This document shows positions 26,366 through 36,303 of a stretch of 64,000 nucleotides of DNA, piece by piece. The translations under genes were made by a program, and so were the position numbers. The notes beneath the pieces were generated by a model. It did not search any database. It was given only the letters and a program-made list of their open reading frames with translations, and was not told the origin of the DNA. How positions within the stretch are numbered: position 1 is the stretch's first letter; each line of letters begins with the position of its first letter. Source of the stretch: Candidatus Latescibacterota bacterium. Its GTDB lineage: Bacteria; Latescibacterota; UBA2968; UBA8231. Where the stretch lies: positions 2,240,001-2,304,000 of the forward strand of contig CBDCDC010000002.1 of assembly GCA_965215195.1 (NCBI GenBank), given 5' to 3'.

Positions 26366-28711
26366 TTATTGGGTGTGCAGCGTTTCTATCGGATTGGTCA
26401 GGGCCGCCCGCATCGCTTGGTGACCCACCGTCAGCCCGGCGATCAGGAAGGACAGAGCACCCGACACCAAGAACAGGCCCACGCCGATTTCCACGCGATA
26501 GGCAAACTCCTGTAGCCAGTAGGTGGCCAAGCCGTAGGCAATCGGCACACTGAAGAGGAAGGCGACGGCAACGGGTTTGGCAAAGTCGCGCACCAACATG
26601 GCGGTGAGGCCGCCGGGAGAAGCACCGAACACCTTGCGGATGCCGATTTCCTTGGTGCGCTCTTGGGCAGCGTGTGCCGCCATGCCTAAGAGCCCCACCG
26701 AAGCGACGGCGATAGCTAAAAAGAGGAAGACCGTGAGCGCACGCCCCATCATCAACTCCTCGGAGTAGAGGCTGGCGGCGATCTCTTCAAGGGAATGGCA
26801 CTGGATGGGGCGGTAGGGCGCGATAGCGGCCCACTTGTCGTCAATTACCTCGAGGGCTTCGTCGAGGTGCCCGGGGCGCACCCGTGCGATAATGACGCCC
26901 ACCCATTCAGCGACCTGTTCTATAACGAGGGGCTCTACCTTACTTCGCGGACCGTCGAAGTGGAAGTCCTCGATCACGCCCACAACGTGCGATTCTCCTT
27001 TAGAGGCGGCGATTATCTCGCCCAGCGGCTCCTTCAACCCCAGTATCCTCGCTGCGGTCTCGTTGATGACGACCGCTTGGGCATCGGCTGGTTCGTCGGT
27101 CAGGGCGCGTCCTTGAGCCATGCGCAAGCCCATGATTGCGACGAAGTCGCCATCTACTTGATACGTTCTTATCGTTTGTCCTTCCGCTGTATTATACGCC
27201 ATTTTCGTACCCTCACCTGGTACTGTCATAGAGAGGCTCACCCCAGCGATGCGGCTGTCCTGAAGCAACTCCGTCTTGAAGGACCAAGCCTGATCCACGG
27301 TCAGACCGCGGTTATTGATCACCACAACCTGTTCTGGCGCCGACCTCAAGATGGAGTCCTCGCGGAGGAGGTTCTGGATGTAATCAAGCTGATGCCATAT
27401 CAGCAGCGTCATCGTCAGCAACGCCGTGGTGGCCGTCAACTGCGTCACCACCAAACCCCGACGCAGGCGCACACCGCCCACGCGGCCTCCCCGCACTACG
27501 GTCGCCGGTTGAAAGCGCGCCACGACCCACGCCGGGTACGCACCCGCGACCAGTCCGACCCCCACCGCCAGCACCGCAGCCCCGGCGTAAGTCGAAATCG
27601 TCCAGTGCAAGTAAGGCAACTCAAAATCGGACCCTGTAATGACGGGCAGAAGCAGGCTTATGACCTCTGCCATGGCAACGCCCAGCACCGTCGCCGCAGT
27701 ACTCAACAGCACCGACTCACTCAGGAGTTGGCGCATGAGTTGGCCGCGATGAGCACCGAGAGCTTTGCGTACGCCGATTTCATGAATCCGTCGCCCGGCC
27801 CGCGCTGTCGCCAAGTTCACATAGTTGACGCCGGCGATCGTTAGGACCACCACCGCCAAGATGGCACACAGAGCGAGGTACATGAGGTTGCCCTTTGGGC
27901 CGATGGTGCTGGGCACCTCCGTGTCGAAGTAGATCGATTTCAGGGGTTGCAGCGCGTAGGAATCGGTCGCTTCGGGCAACTCCCTAACCTCCTTGACGAT
28001 GCCGGAAATGCGTGCAGCTACCGCAGCCGCGTCGGCACCGGGCGTTAGCTGCACAAAGGTCTTGAAGGCAGAAGCGTTCCAGCCCATCATTTCCCGGTTT
28101 TCCTTGTAGTTCGTGGCAAAGGAGAGCAGCGCTGAGAACTGGAGCAATGAGTTGGCGGGCGGCTGGCCGACGATGCCGGTGACCTCGCAATCGAATTCCT
28201 CGCCGACGTGGACGACCTGTCCGATGGGATCGCTCTCGCCGAAGAGCCTGTGGGCCAACGGTTCGGTCAGTACCATGGTGTAGGGACGCGACAGGGCCGT
28301 CTTGGGGTCGCCGCGCAGCAGCGGCAAGCTAAACATGTCGAAAACGCCCGTCTCCACCCCACTAACCTTTTCATATATTCCTTCCTTGTCCCTGACCCGA
28401 AGCAGACGCGGCCAAACCGAGCTAAAGCGGATCGCCTCCTCGACTTCGGGCAATTGCTCCTCGAGGGTCGGCCCCAGCGGTCCCGGCAGTGATCCTGTGT
28501 ACTGGGCCCCACCCCAGAAGTCAGGTCCCAGCACGCGGTAAACCCGGTCTTTTTTCTCGTGGAAGTCGCCCACCGCGAGCTGATAGGCGGCGAGCTGGAT
28601 GACCAGTAGGCACAGGCAAAAGCCAATGGCCAAGCCGAAGATGTTGATCGCCGCGTACCCGCGCTCTCGCCACAGGAGGCGCAGCACTGTCGTCAGATAG
28701 TTGCCCAGCAT
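26366..28711 (-). CDS. MacB/FtsX-type ABC transporter permease
   Basis: MLGNYLTTVLRLL, VNYVNLATA..EIGVRKALGA, RTKEIGIRKVFGA, NPIETLHTQ. Confidence 0.92.
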   Translation of the reverse strand: MLGNYLTTVLRLLWRERGYAAINIFGLAIGFCLCLLVIQLAAYQLAVGDFHEKKDRVYRVLGPDFWGGAQYTGSLPGPLGPTLEEQLPEVEEAIRFSSVWPRLLRVRDKEGIYEKVSGVETGVFDMFSLPLLRGDPKTALSRPYTMVLTEPLAHRLFGESDPIGQVVHVGEEFDCEVTGIVGQPPANSLLQFSALLSFATNYKENREMMGWNASAFKTFVQLTPGADAAAVAARISGIVKEVRELPEATDSYALQPLKSIYFDTEVPSTIGPKGNLMYLALCAILAVVVLTIAGVNYVNLATARAGRRIHEIGVRKALGAHRGQLMRQLLSESVLLSTAATVLGVAMAEVISLLLPVITGSDFELPYLHWTISTYAGAAVLAVGVGLVAGAYPAWVVARFQPATVVRGGRVGGVRLRRGLVVTQLTATTALLTMTLLIWHQLDYIQNLLREDSILRSAPEQVVVINNRGLTVDQAWSFKTELLQDSRIAGVSLSMTVPGEGTKMAYNTAEGQTIRTYQVDGDFVAIMGLRMAQGRALTDEPADAQAVVINETAARILGLKEPLGEIIAASKGESHVVGVIEDFHFDGPRSKVEPLVIEQVAEWVGVIIARVRPGHLDEALEVIDDKWAAIAPYRPIQCHSLEEIAASLYSEELMMGRALTVFLFLAIAVASVGLLGMAAHAAQERTKEIGIRKVFGASPGGLTAMLVRDFAKPVAVAFLFSVPIAYGLATYWLQEFAYRVEIGVGLFLVSGALSFLIAGLTVGHQAMRAALTNPIETLHTQ

Positions 28712-28729
28712 GATAATTCCTTTCGCTTC

Positions 28730-28755
28730 GTAGGAGCGGTTCGCGAACCGCCCCT
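28730..28755. repeat. GTAG-type REP hairpin
   Basis: GTAGGAGCGGTTCGCGAACCGCCCCT intergenic palindrome; related GTAGGG elements at 17946, 23219 and 29546. Confidence 0.55.
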
Positions 28756-28778
28756 CGCTGCAACGCGGGATTCGCCGC

Positions 28779-29504
28779 TTACGACGCTTCCTGCTCCCGC
28801 TCGATGTTTTCGCTCACGATCCTGCCGTCGAACAGGTGGATGATCCGGTGGGCAAAGTCGGCGTAGGCCGGCGAGTGCGTCACCATCACCACGGTCGTGC
28901 CGTTGCGGTTCATCTCGGTGAGCATCTCCATGACCTCGTCGCCGTGGCGCGAGTCGAGGTTGCCGGTCGGCTCATCCGCCAGCACCAGCTTAGGTTCCGC
29001 AACCAAGGCCCGGGCCACGGCCACGCGCTGCTGCTGGCCGCCGGAAAGCTGGAGCGGAAAGTGCTTCTCGCGGTGGGTGATCTGCATGTGGTCGAGGATC
29101 GACCGCACCCGCTGCTTGCGCTCTTTGACCGGCAGGCCCATGTAGAGCAGAGGCAACTCCACGTTTTCGTGGACGGTCAACTCGTTGATTAGGTTGAACG
29201 ACTGAAAGACAAAGCCGATCGTCCCCTTGCGCAGGTTCGCCCGCATGCGCTCCGAATAGGTGGCCACCTCCTCGTCGAGCAGGTAGTATTCCCCCTCGGT
29301 CGGGTTGTCGAGCAGGCCGAGCAGATTGAGCAGCGTTGACTTGCCGCAGCCCGACGGCCCCATGATGGCGGCAAATTCGCCTTCGGCGATCTCGAGATTG
29401 ACGTTGTCCAAGGCGGTCGTCTCCACCTCCTCGGTCGTGTACAGCTTGCGCAGCCCGACCGTGCGGATCAGGGGCGCGTGGCCGTTTTCAGTGTGCTCAG
29501 TCAT
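28779..29504 (-). CDS. ABC transporter ATP-binding protein (LolD/MacB type)
   Basis: [26 protein letters not shown]. Confidence 0.95.
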   Translation of the reverse strand: MTEHTENGHAPLIRTVGLRKLYTTEEVETTALDNVNLEIAEGEFAAIMGPSGCGKSTLLNLLGLLDNPTEGEYYLLDEEVATYSERMRANLRKGTIGFVFQSFNLINELTVHENVELPLLYMGLPVKERKQRVRSILDHMQITHREKHFPLQLSGGQQQRVAVARALVAEPKLVLADEPTGNLDSRHGDEVMEMLTEMNRNGTTVVMVTHSPAYADFAHRIIHLFDGRIVSENIEREQEAS

Positions 29505-29580
29505 GATTTTCGCTCCTTGTTAAGCTGTCCGGTTGAATGGGCCGCGTAGGGGCAACCCTCGTGGCGGCCACGGATCTTTG

Positions 29581-30921
29581 CTAGCGCAACACCAACACGT
29601 CCATGTTTTCGCCAAAGGTCTCGTAGCTCGAAGTAATGACCTGCTCCCCCGGCTCAAGCCCCTCCAGCACTTCGTACACGCGGGGATTCTGGCGTCCGAG
29701 GGCGATAGAGCGGCGCGTGGCCCGGTCGCCAGCAGGGTTGAGCACATAGGCCCAGTGGCCCCCGGTCGCCTGATAGAATCCGCCCCGCGCCACTTGCACG
29801 GTTTCCTCCAGATCGCCCAATTCGAGGCGGATGTGCAAGGTTTGGCCGCGCCGGATGCCCTCGGGTGCCGCCCCCTCAAATACCAGATCCACCTCAAACC
29901 GGCCCTCCTTTACCTCGGGATAGACCTTGCCGATTACCAAGCTGTACGACTCGTCGTCGTTCTGGCCGCGCTGGCCCTGGCCCACGCGGTCGATGTAGTG
30001 CTCGTCAATGGTGGCGCGCACCTTGAAGCCGTCGATCATGTCGATCTGGCCGAGGCGTCCGCCCGCCCCCTTGCTCTCGCCGACCTCGGCTTTGAGCATG
30101 GTTAGCTGCCCGGACACCGGGGCCCGCACCGTCAGGTTGTCGAGCCGGCGGCCGACGATTTCCAAGTTGCGTTCCATGCGCTCCACAGCCGAGACGAGCT
30201 GCACCACTTTGCTCGCCGCCAGCAGCGAGTCTTGGGTCTGGGTCTCCTCGGTCAGGGCCATGCGGCGGACGCTGTACTGGTATTCGTCGCGCAGCCGCTC
30301 GTACTCCTGCCGCGACAGGATGGCCGTCAAGTCTTCCGCCGACAGGCTCTCGTAGCGCTCGAAGTTGCGCTTGTTGACGGCGAGCTGGTACTCGATCTCC
30401 ATCAGTGCCTTGCGCGAGCGCAGCAGGTCCTGCTCCATGGTTAGCTGGCCATCGCGCAACGCCTCCCGGCTGCGCTCCAGTTCGGCTTCTTGTTGCAGGA
30501 CGGTCAGTTCCAGATCCGGGTTGGCAAGCCGCAGCAGGGGATCGCCCGCGGCCACCGAGGCCCCCTCTTCGACAAACACCTGCTCCACTTGGCCGCTCTC
30601 CAAAGCGTCGAGGTACACCGTGTGCAGCGGCAGCACGGTGCCGCGCACCGGGATGTACTCCTGAAACGGACCGGACTCGACCGTTGAGATCGTCAGCCGG
30701 TCGCGCTCGACATTCAGCTTGCGCACCCCTAAATCCGCGAGCAGGGCGTATCCAACGAGCGCACCCAACAGCAACACAGCCGCGCCTAGCCCGATGCGCT
30801 TGGGCGTGAACCGCGGCTTTTCGATTTTGCGGTCCATGCCCGCGCCGCCGCCGGGACGGGTGCTACCGGGGTTGGATTCGGGGGGGTGGTCTTTGGAGAG
30901 CACTTGGACATTTGTGGTCAT
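29581..30921 (-). CDS. Efflux periplasmic adaptor (HlyD/MFP) subunit
   Basis: N-terminal TM, lipoyl-like GQVEQVFVEEGASVAAGDPLLRL, coiled coil, VRAPVSGQL, EVLEGLEPGEQVI. Confidence 0.92.
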   Translation of the reverse strand: MTTNVQVLSKDHPPESNPGSTRPGGGAGMDRKIEKPRFTPKRIGLGAAVLLLGALVGYALLADLGVRKLNVERDRLTISTVESGPFQEYIPVRGTVLPLHTVYLDALESGQVEQVFVEEGASVAAGDPLLRLANPDLELTVLQQEAELERSREALRDGQLTMEQDLLRSRKALMEIEYQLAVNKRNFERYESLSAEDLTAILSRQEYERLRDEYQYSVRRMALTEETQTQDSLLAASKVVQLVSAVERMERNLEIVGRRLDNLTVRAPVSGQLTMLKAEVGESKGAGGRLGQIDMIDGFKVRATIDEHYIDRVGQGQRGQNDDESYSLVIGKVYPEVKEGRFEVDLVFEGAAPEGIRRGQTLHIRLELGDLEETVQVARGGFYQATGGHWAYVLNPAGDRATRRSIALGRQNPRVYEVLEGLEPGEQVITSSYETFGENMDVLVLR

Positions 30922-30964
30922 GGCTAGTTGCGTCCTTGTCTTGTTATGGCCTTATCTCCGAGAT

Positions 30965-31084
30965 AGCAAGATGTATGCCATATTCTATATGCTATTGAAA
31001 AACAATGAGATACGTTGAATCGGCCTCTTGGCCGACTCAAGATAGGTGTCCGCTGGCGGTACAGGGGTGTCCGCTGGTGATACA
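30965..31084 (-). promoter_or_regulatory. Sigma-54 promoter module 1 (-24/-12, IHF site, tandem enhancer sites)
   Basis: Minus strand TGGCATACATCTTGCT (30965-30980); IHF-like AAACAATGAGATA (31000-31012); TGT-N11-ACA sites at 31047-31063 and 31068-31084. Confidence 0.85.
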
Positions 31085-31329
31085 CTTGGGAGAGGCTTCC
31101 CATTGCTGGGGGGCATCGAATACGCGCTTACCGGGCATAATGACGGAGCACCAATAGCCGCCGAATAGGTTGCCAGAACGATTTAGGAGCAGTGTGGATC
31201 GGCTTTATTAGGCTCCGCCGGGGGTATTGGCCCTATTTGATTGGCAAACTGCGGCACCACTCGTCTAGGCCGAACTAGGCTCTCAGGACCTCGGTCTCTG
31301 TCGTCCTCGCCCATCCGTCGCCCTGTAAT

Positions 31330-31449
31330 TCCAAACACCAATTGAACGCAGGTAAGGCCGACAGCCTCTAACCGATGCGCTAGGTGGTCGCGACTCCCCT
31401 GCATGATCGGTATTCCGCGACGCCACCTGCACAGCGAAACTAGCAGCAT
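31330..31449 (-). pseudogene. Fragment of MraY/WecA-type (glycosyltransferase family 4) gene
   Basis: DMLLVSLCRWRRGIPIMQGSRDHLAHRL resembles the conserved DxxHxxHRL region of WecA-like enzymes; rest of gene absent; left boundary approximate. Confidence 0.6.
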
Positions 31450-32546
31450 ATCGCTTCTAGGTTTTTTTTGCTATCGTCGCCCGACATGCCAGCGAGCTCG
31501 TGCCTGTCTCTTATCAAAGGATGGAGATCAAGCATTAACGAACGCTCGATCATCTCGCCGCTCGAAATGGTCTGATGGGTTTCGTGAAACGCCATCAGGC
31601 TATGGAGACGCATCTCCTCCGGTATTAAGGGATCCGGCCATATAGAGGCGAGCCAAAATTCGATTAGACACAGTCGGGGATCCTCGTTCTTTTTTACCAT
31701 GTGGGATATAGCCCTATGCCGTTTTTGCGATTCTGCAAACAGATTTTTTGGGTTAAAAAAGTCGTGGTGGTGATACAGGTGATAGCTCTGCGCCTCGGCG
31801 GCAAAGCGCATCTTATACCCATTCCGCATGAGGCGATAGGCCAAATCCCATCCTTCAGAATGGGGCATCTCTTCGTCAAATCCACCGACCTCCTCAAGGG
31901 CGACACGCGGGGCCGACGCATTGTGCGGAGAAAAACTGGTCCAACCGATCGGCGAATCGGGCACTTGGTCAAAGAGCACTTGTACTTGGTCTTGTATCAA
32001 TTTTAATTCCGGGAAAGGATATCCACCTTCTTGGGCCAGTCGATCAATCGCACCAAAATCGGACTGTATCATAGCCTCGGTCACCCGAAATTCGTCTGGG
32101 TGCGTACGCATAATATGAACAACTGCTGCCGGAGCCTCCTCCCAAGGAAGGCCACTGTGCGGGTCTTGGACGTATTCCAAGCGGGGCAAGCAATACTGGA
32201 ACCCGCTCGTTACGCCGTTGTAGCACTCAAATAGATGCCAATGGTGAGCTAACCAATCGGGACCCGGTAGCGCATCTCCATCCAAGAAAGCGACTACCTC
32301 TCCCCGCGCTTCCGCTATACCGATATTCCGCGCTCGACAGCGTCCTACATTGGTATGCAAGGGAATGACTTTTATGGGAATGTGCTTGTACGCACGTAGA
32401 AAATCGCCCGTTCCGTCCGTGCTACCATCGTCTACCACGATAACCTCAAACTGGCCCTCGGAGAATACTTGAACGGCCAAGCCACTTAAAACAAGCCGCA
32501 ACCGATCGCGCTGGTTATGTGCGGCGATGACGACAGAAATATCCAT
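31440..32546 (-). CDS. Glycosyltransferase family 2 protein
   Basis: MDISVVIAAHNQ, EVIVVDDGSTDGT, ARNIGIAEARGEVVAFLDGD, VGGFDEE..EGWDLAYRL. Confidence 0.9.
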   Translation of the reverse strand: MDISVVIAAHNQRDRLRLVLSGLAVQVFSEGQFEVIVVDDGSTDGTGDFLRAYKHIPIKVIPLHTNVGRCRARNIGIAEARGEVVAFLDGDALPGPDWLAHHWHLFECYNGVTSGFQYCLPRLEYVQDPHSGLPWEEAPAAVVHIMRTHPDEFRVTEAMIQSDFGAIDRLAQEGGYPFPELKLIQDQVQVLFDQVPDSPIGWTSFSPHNASAPRVALEEVGGFDEEMPHSEGWDLAYRLMRNGYKMRFAAEAQSYHLYHHHDFFNPKNLFAESQKRHRAISHMVKKNEDPRLCLIEFWLASIWPDPLIPEEMRLHSLMAFHETHQTISSGEMIERSLMLDLHPLIRDRHELAGMSGDDSKKNLEAICC

Positions 32547-32559
32547 ATAGCTAGCTCCC

Positions 32560-35034
32560 TTATATACATTCAAAAACCAAGCGGCACTCTTCTCTCAGAG
32601 AATCTGGCCGATGAACGTGAGGAAGGCCATTATCTGTATTTAACAATATAAGGACTTGTGGCACTTCCTTGGCGACAGCATTTGAGCATACGATATGGAA
32701 GCAGTCCAAATGGCCAAAGAAAAAATCAAAATACGGCTCGCTATTATCTAAAACCTTATGGCGTAATGTCTCACTTTGCACATTAGCCGCCGTCAGTGCT
32801 GGCGTACCAATACTGATACCGTGAAATTCAATGGGAACCCATCCCAGACCCGAGATGAAGATCTCTGCCCACGTGTGCCCAAATACCACTTCGTTATACG
32901 TTCGGTTCTCGTATGTACTCGGCCCCAGCGGATTGACCGCTATGGCTCCGGCTTGCTCGCGGGCTGGTATTTTTAAGAGACGACAAAGAGCAATAAAGGC
33001 ACGAGATAACGTAATACAATGTCCGCCGTCGTCCGTCAGTGTTTTTAGGGTGCTACACTGATAACATTGGCAGCTATCCTTGGTTTTCTTGAAATGCTTG
33101 TTTTTGGCCAAATAGTAGTATAACGAACGAGCTTTTTCTATGTCGCTCAACGTTCCGTCTATGCCCACATCCTCCCAACAACGGCGAACGAGCGAATGTT
33201 CTGCCAAGGATTCGTCAACGATCGTATAGAACTCGAACATTTCGGGTGTGAGCACCTCTGTTGCTCGACCCATCGCTCTCGAACAAACCGTCAATTCGCA
33301 CACGTACGAAAACGTATATACCTCACCAGAGCTAAAATTACAAACGGCAGGATAGCCGTAGAAAAAACCCGCGTGTGGCAAAAGGTGTTCTTGCATTTCC
33401 ACAGGATGGCAAGATAGCAGCTTTATATTCGTCTGAAAGTCGGTAGCTATTGGGTACGGCAGAAATATCCGCGCATGGTGTGTTGTATCCTCGGCCGCAG
33501 ACAGAGTGAAGGTATAAGTCAGACGCAACTGCTGGCTCTCCATAGCCGAATGGAGTGCATCATTGTTTGGGCGAATGAAGAACGAACGCATCTCCTCACG
33601 CGCCACGTAATCACACTCAAAAAAGCGAGCGTCGTTGTCGTACAGCCAGTTCCACGAATCGAGGCGATCGTACCAGATACCGTCTGGTCTCACTTCATGC
33701 GGCATCTGGCACTTTCGCCCGTTCTCGAGCATCTCTTCAATTTGCTCGTCACGGAGTACCGTACTCAACGACAACTGCCGGGCAAAATCGCGGTGGCTCA
33801 TCTCGTACTGCGGATCGAGCTGGTCTTCTTCAGCCCGACTCATCCAGTACCCATCGACTATATCCGCGACGCGATTCGCGTCCTGCCATTCCGGTATATC
33901 GATAGCAAAAGCACAGCACCGTCTAGCGAATATCGCATAGTGGTTTAACAGTCCCTCGATGCTTTGAACCAGAGCTGTCGGGCGAGCGAAGTCTCGGTGG
34001 CTCAACTTGACACCCAACCCCAGTGCTTGCAGGCGGTCGATGAAATACTCTTGCGTACCATTCGTGGGCAGCCCAATAACTGGTATGCTCTTAAACAGAG
34101 CTTGGTAGAAGAAATCGTGATCTCCGCCGCCGGCGAAGACGGCCGCTTGGGAGGCGGCCTGCGGCAAAAAGTTAGAATCGACGATCTCGCCGCTCTTTAT
34201 TAGGTCAATACGCGCCCCAACAGGCGGAACCACCCACTGCCGAATCCCTTTCACCCCCAGCTTTTGCATGGCCCCTTGAATGGAGGACCAATCAGCCCTC
34301 AACGTTCTGAGATCCCAGTACACCCCCTCCCGCTCCACCTCACCTTGCGCCTCTGCATTGAGCCCTTCAAGTAGTGGTCCTACAAAGAAGTAGTTGGCAG
34401 GCGTCTCCGGTCCCAGTGGATGAACCGCTGGAATATCACAGAGCAGATACAGTTCCCTACAAGTCGTCCCATAAGTACATTCTCGATGTGCGGTACGCTT
34501 AATTATGCCATCCCAAGTACGCACGAACTCAGGTGAGTGAATCGGGTATGAGTATTCGGGCATCGTATAGGCCGACGTTATCCAAACCACATCAATCCCT
34601 TCCAACGCCGCCGTTAAACGCATCGTGGGACGGGAATCGACGATAGCGAGGTCGGGTTTCAAGCGGCCAACTAGCGCTCGCTCGGCTTCCACGCTCTGAT
34701 GGATGGACGAGTCGCAGTCCGCCTCATTCGTACCAAAATCCAGTACTGCTCCCAAGTCTTGTATCGGCGTGTCGAGGTCGTGCAGTGGGAACTCCGCTTG
34801 CCGGACTGGGTCCGCAAACGAACCCGTGCCCGCAAATTCGACGCTGTATCCTCGGCGACGCAGCGTCGTACCCACCACCAAAGCACGGTGTGCGGAAATG
34901 CTATCAAAACCGTGAAAAAAGATCAGTATGGACACTTTGTCTCGCTTTAGACGACATGAGCGTTCCTTTTCCTCAAAGTATCTGATGACCTTGAGGAGTC
35001 CGGCTGCTGTCCGCTGCCGTATTGCGTTGAACAT
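32560..35034 (-). CDS. Fusion of GT-B fold glycosyltransferase-like domain and transglutaminase-like domain
   Basis: N-term SAHRALVVGTTLRRRGYSVEFAG, LKPDLAIVD, IPVIGLP...Q....RLQALGLG; C-term GGHCITLSRAFIALCRLLKIPAR, GHTWAEIFISGLGWVPIE. Confidence 0.8.
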   Translation of the reverse strand: MFNAIRQRTAAGLLKVIRYFEEKERSCRLKRDKVSILIFFHGFDSISAHRALVVGTTLRRRGYSVEFAGTGSFADPVRQAEFPLHDLDTPIQDLGAVLDFGTNEADCDSSIHQSVEAERALVGRLKPDLAIVDSRPTMRLTAALEGIDVVWITSAYTMPEYSYPIHSPEFVRTWDGIIKRTAHRECTYGTTCRELYLLCDIPAVHPLGPETPANYFFVGPLLEGLNAEAQGEVEREGVYWDLRTLRADWSSIQGAMQKLGVKGIRQWVVPPVGARIDLIKSGEIVDSNFLPQAASQAAVFAGGGDHDFFYQALFKSIPVIGLPTNGTQEYFIDRLQALGLGVKLSHRDFARPTALVQSIEGLLNHYAIFARRCCAFAIDIPEWQDANRVADIVDGYWMSRAEEDQLDPQYEMSHRDFARQLSLSTVLRDEQIEEMLENGRKCQMPHEVRPDGIWYDRLDSWNWLYDNDARFFECDYVAREEMRSFFIRPNNDALHSAMESQQLRLTYTFTLSAAEDTTHHARIFLPYPIATDFQTNIKLLSCHPVEMQEHLLPHAGFFYGYPAVCNFSSGEVYTFSYVCELTVCSRAMGRATEVLTPEMFEFYTIVDESLAEHSLVRRCWEDVGIDGTLSDIEKARSLYYYLAKNKHFKKTKDSCQCYQCSTLKTLTDDGGHCITLSRAFIALCRLLKIPAREQAGAIAVNPLGPSTYENRTYNEVVFGHTWAEIFISGLGWVPIEFHGISIGTPALTAANVQSETLRHKVLDNSEPYFDFFFGHLDCFHIVCSNAVAKEVPQVLILLNTDNGLPHVHRPDSLREECRLVFECI

Positions 35035-35045
35035 CGTCCCCTCCT

Positions 35046-36251
35046 TTACATTCGGCCACTCGTCCTCAGCAGCTCTTCTACAAACTCAACCTTGTCGTCT
35101 CGCTGGAGTTCGCGGTATAGTTCCAGTGCTTGCCGCCACTGAAGCAAGGCATCAAAAGGAGCCTGATTCGATGTATAGGCCATCCCCAAGCGAACTCTAA
35201 CGTCGGCTACGGCCTCCAAGTCCGATACTTTCTCAAACAGTTGCACGGCCTGCCGATACGCCTCCTCTGCCGCATGAAAGTTTTCAACGTTCATATAGTT
35301 ATCGCCCAAAAGAGCCGCTTGTACTGCCCGGCCTTTGTTGTCCCCAATCGCGTCAAACAGTTCCCTAGCCTGATGGAATAACGCCGTGGCTTCTCGCAGG
35401 TCGCCTTTCTCCCACAGCACCTGCCCAATACCATCTAGGGTACGAGCCTCAAACTGTTTATTGCCTAATTTTCGTTGGGTGGCCAGCGTCCGACGATACA
35501 TTTCTTCTGCCTCATCAAATCGACCCATCTGGCTATAGACGCCTCCCAAGACGCTATAATGAGGAGCCAAGCCCTCGTCGCGCTGGAGCCGCTCCTCGAT
35601 CGCAAGGCCCTTTTTGAGGATGGCTTCGGCGTCGGCTAAACGTTCCTGTCCAAGATAGACCATACCCAAGCCCTGATAGTGGCCGGAAACACCCGGTAGA
35701 TCGCCGAGTTCTTGGCACACTTCTAGTCCCTGCTGGAAGTAGCCCTCGGCCTCTTCCGGTTTGTTCTGTTGGAGCACCAACCGTCCCAAGTTGCCGCATT
35801 CTTCCGCCCAATAGGCCCTATTGCCCAACGCCTCGTGAAGTTGCTGAGCGCGGATGTGCAATTCTCGTGCCTCTGCAATTTTTCCTTGGAGATGGGCGAC
35901 AAAGCCTCTATTGCTATAGTTGACGGCCAGACGCTCGTCATCGCGGCGTTGGCTATTGATCGCAAAGGCTTTATTGAGATAGTCAACCGCCTCGTCCATC
36001 CGTCCCATGACTTGGTACATCAGTCCCAAGCCGCTGCACGCATCAGCTTCCATCTCCCGGTCCTGCCACTGCCGTGCCTTCGCAAGGGCTCTTTTATATA
36101 GGGCTTCGGCTCTGTCGAGTTCTCCTTGTTCCTTGTAATAGCGACCCAAAAGGAGACAAGCCTTCGCTTGGGTGCGCATATCGCGGTCTTGTGCGACCCG
36201 TGCCCGCTGGATCGCTACGTCGCGTTCAGCAATTAACGGAATGATTTCCAT
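35046..36251 (-). CDS. Tetratricopeptide repeat protein
   Basis: About nine ~40 aa helical repeats of pattern LG..Y...G..DEA..Y..AL. Confidence 0.9.
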   Translation of the reverse strand: MEIIPLIAERDVAIQRARVAQDRDMRTQAKACLLLGRYYKEQGELDRAEALYKRALAKARQWQDREMEADACSGLGLMYQVMGRMDEAVDYLNKAFAINSQRRDDERLAVNYSNRGFVAHLQGKIAEARELHIRAQQLHEALGNRAYWAEECGNLGRLVLQQNKPEEAEGYFQQGLEVCQELGDLPGVSGHYQGLGMVYLGQERLADAEAILKKGLAIEERLQRDEGLAPHYSVLGGVYSQMGRFDEAEEMYRRTLATQRKLGNKQFEARTLDGIGQVLWEKGDLREATALFHQARELFDAIGDNKGRAVQAALLGDNYMNVENFHAAEEAYRQAVQLFEKVSDLEAVADVRVRLGMAYTSNQAPFDALLQWRQALELYRELQRDDKVEFVEELLRTSGRM

Positions 36252-36303
36252 ACCTCGCAGTGCCCTCCTCGGTTACAGCTTTTGCACGGCTTCCCATAAA
36301 CCA

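Noticed and set aside
31047-31084. Tandem 17-bp repeats as a mini-CRISPR or iteron
   Set aside because: Only two units with a 4-nt spacer, positioned as enhancer sites upstream of a sigma-54 promoter; no cas or rep genes.
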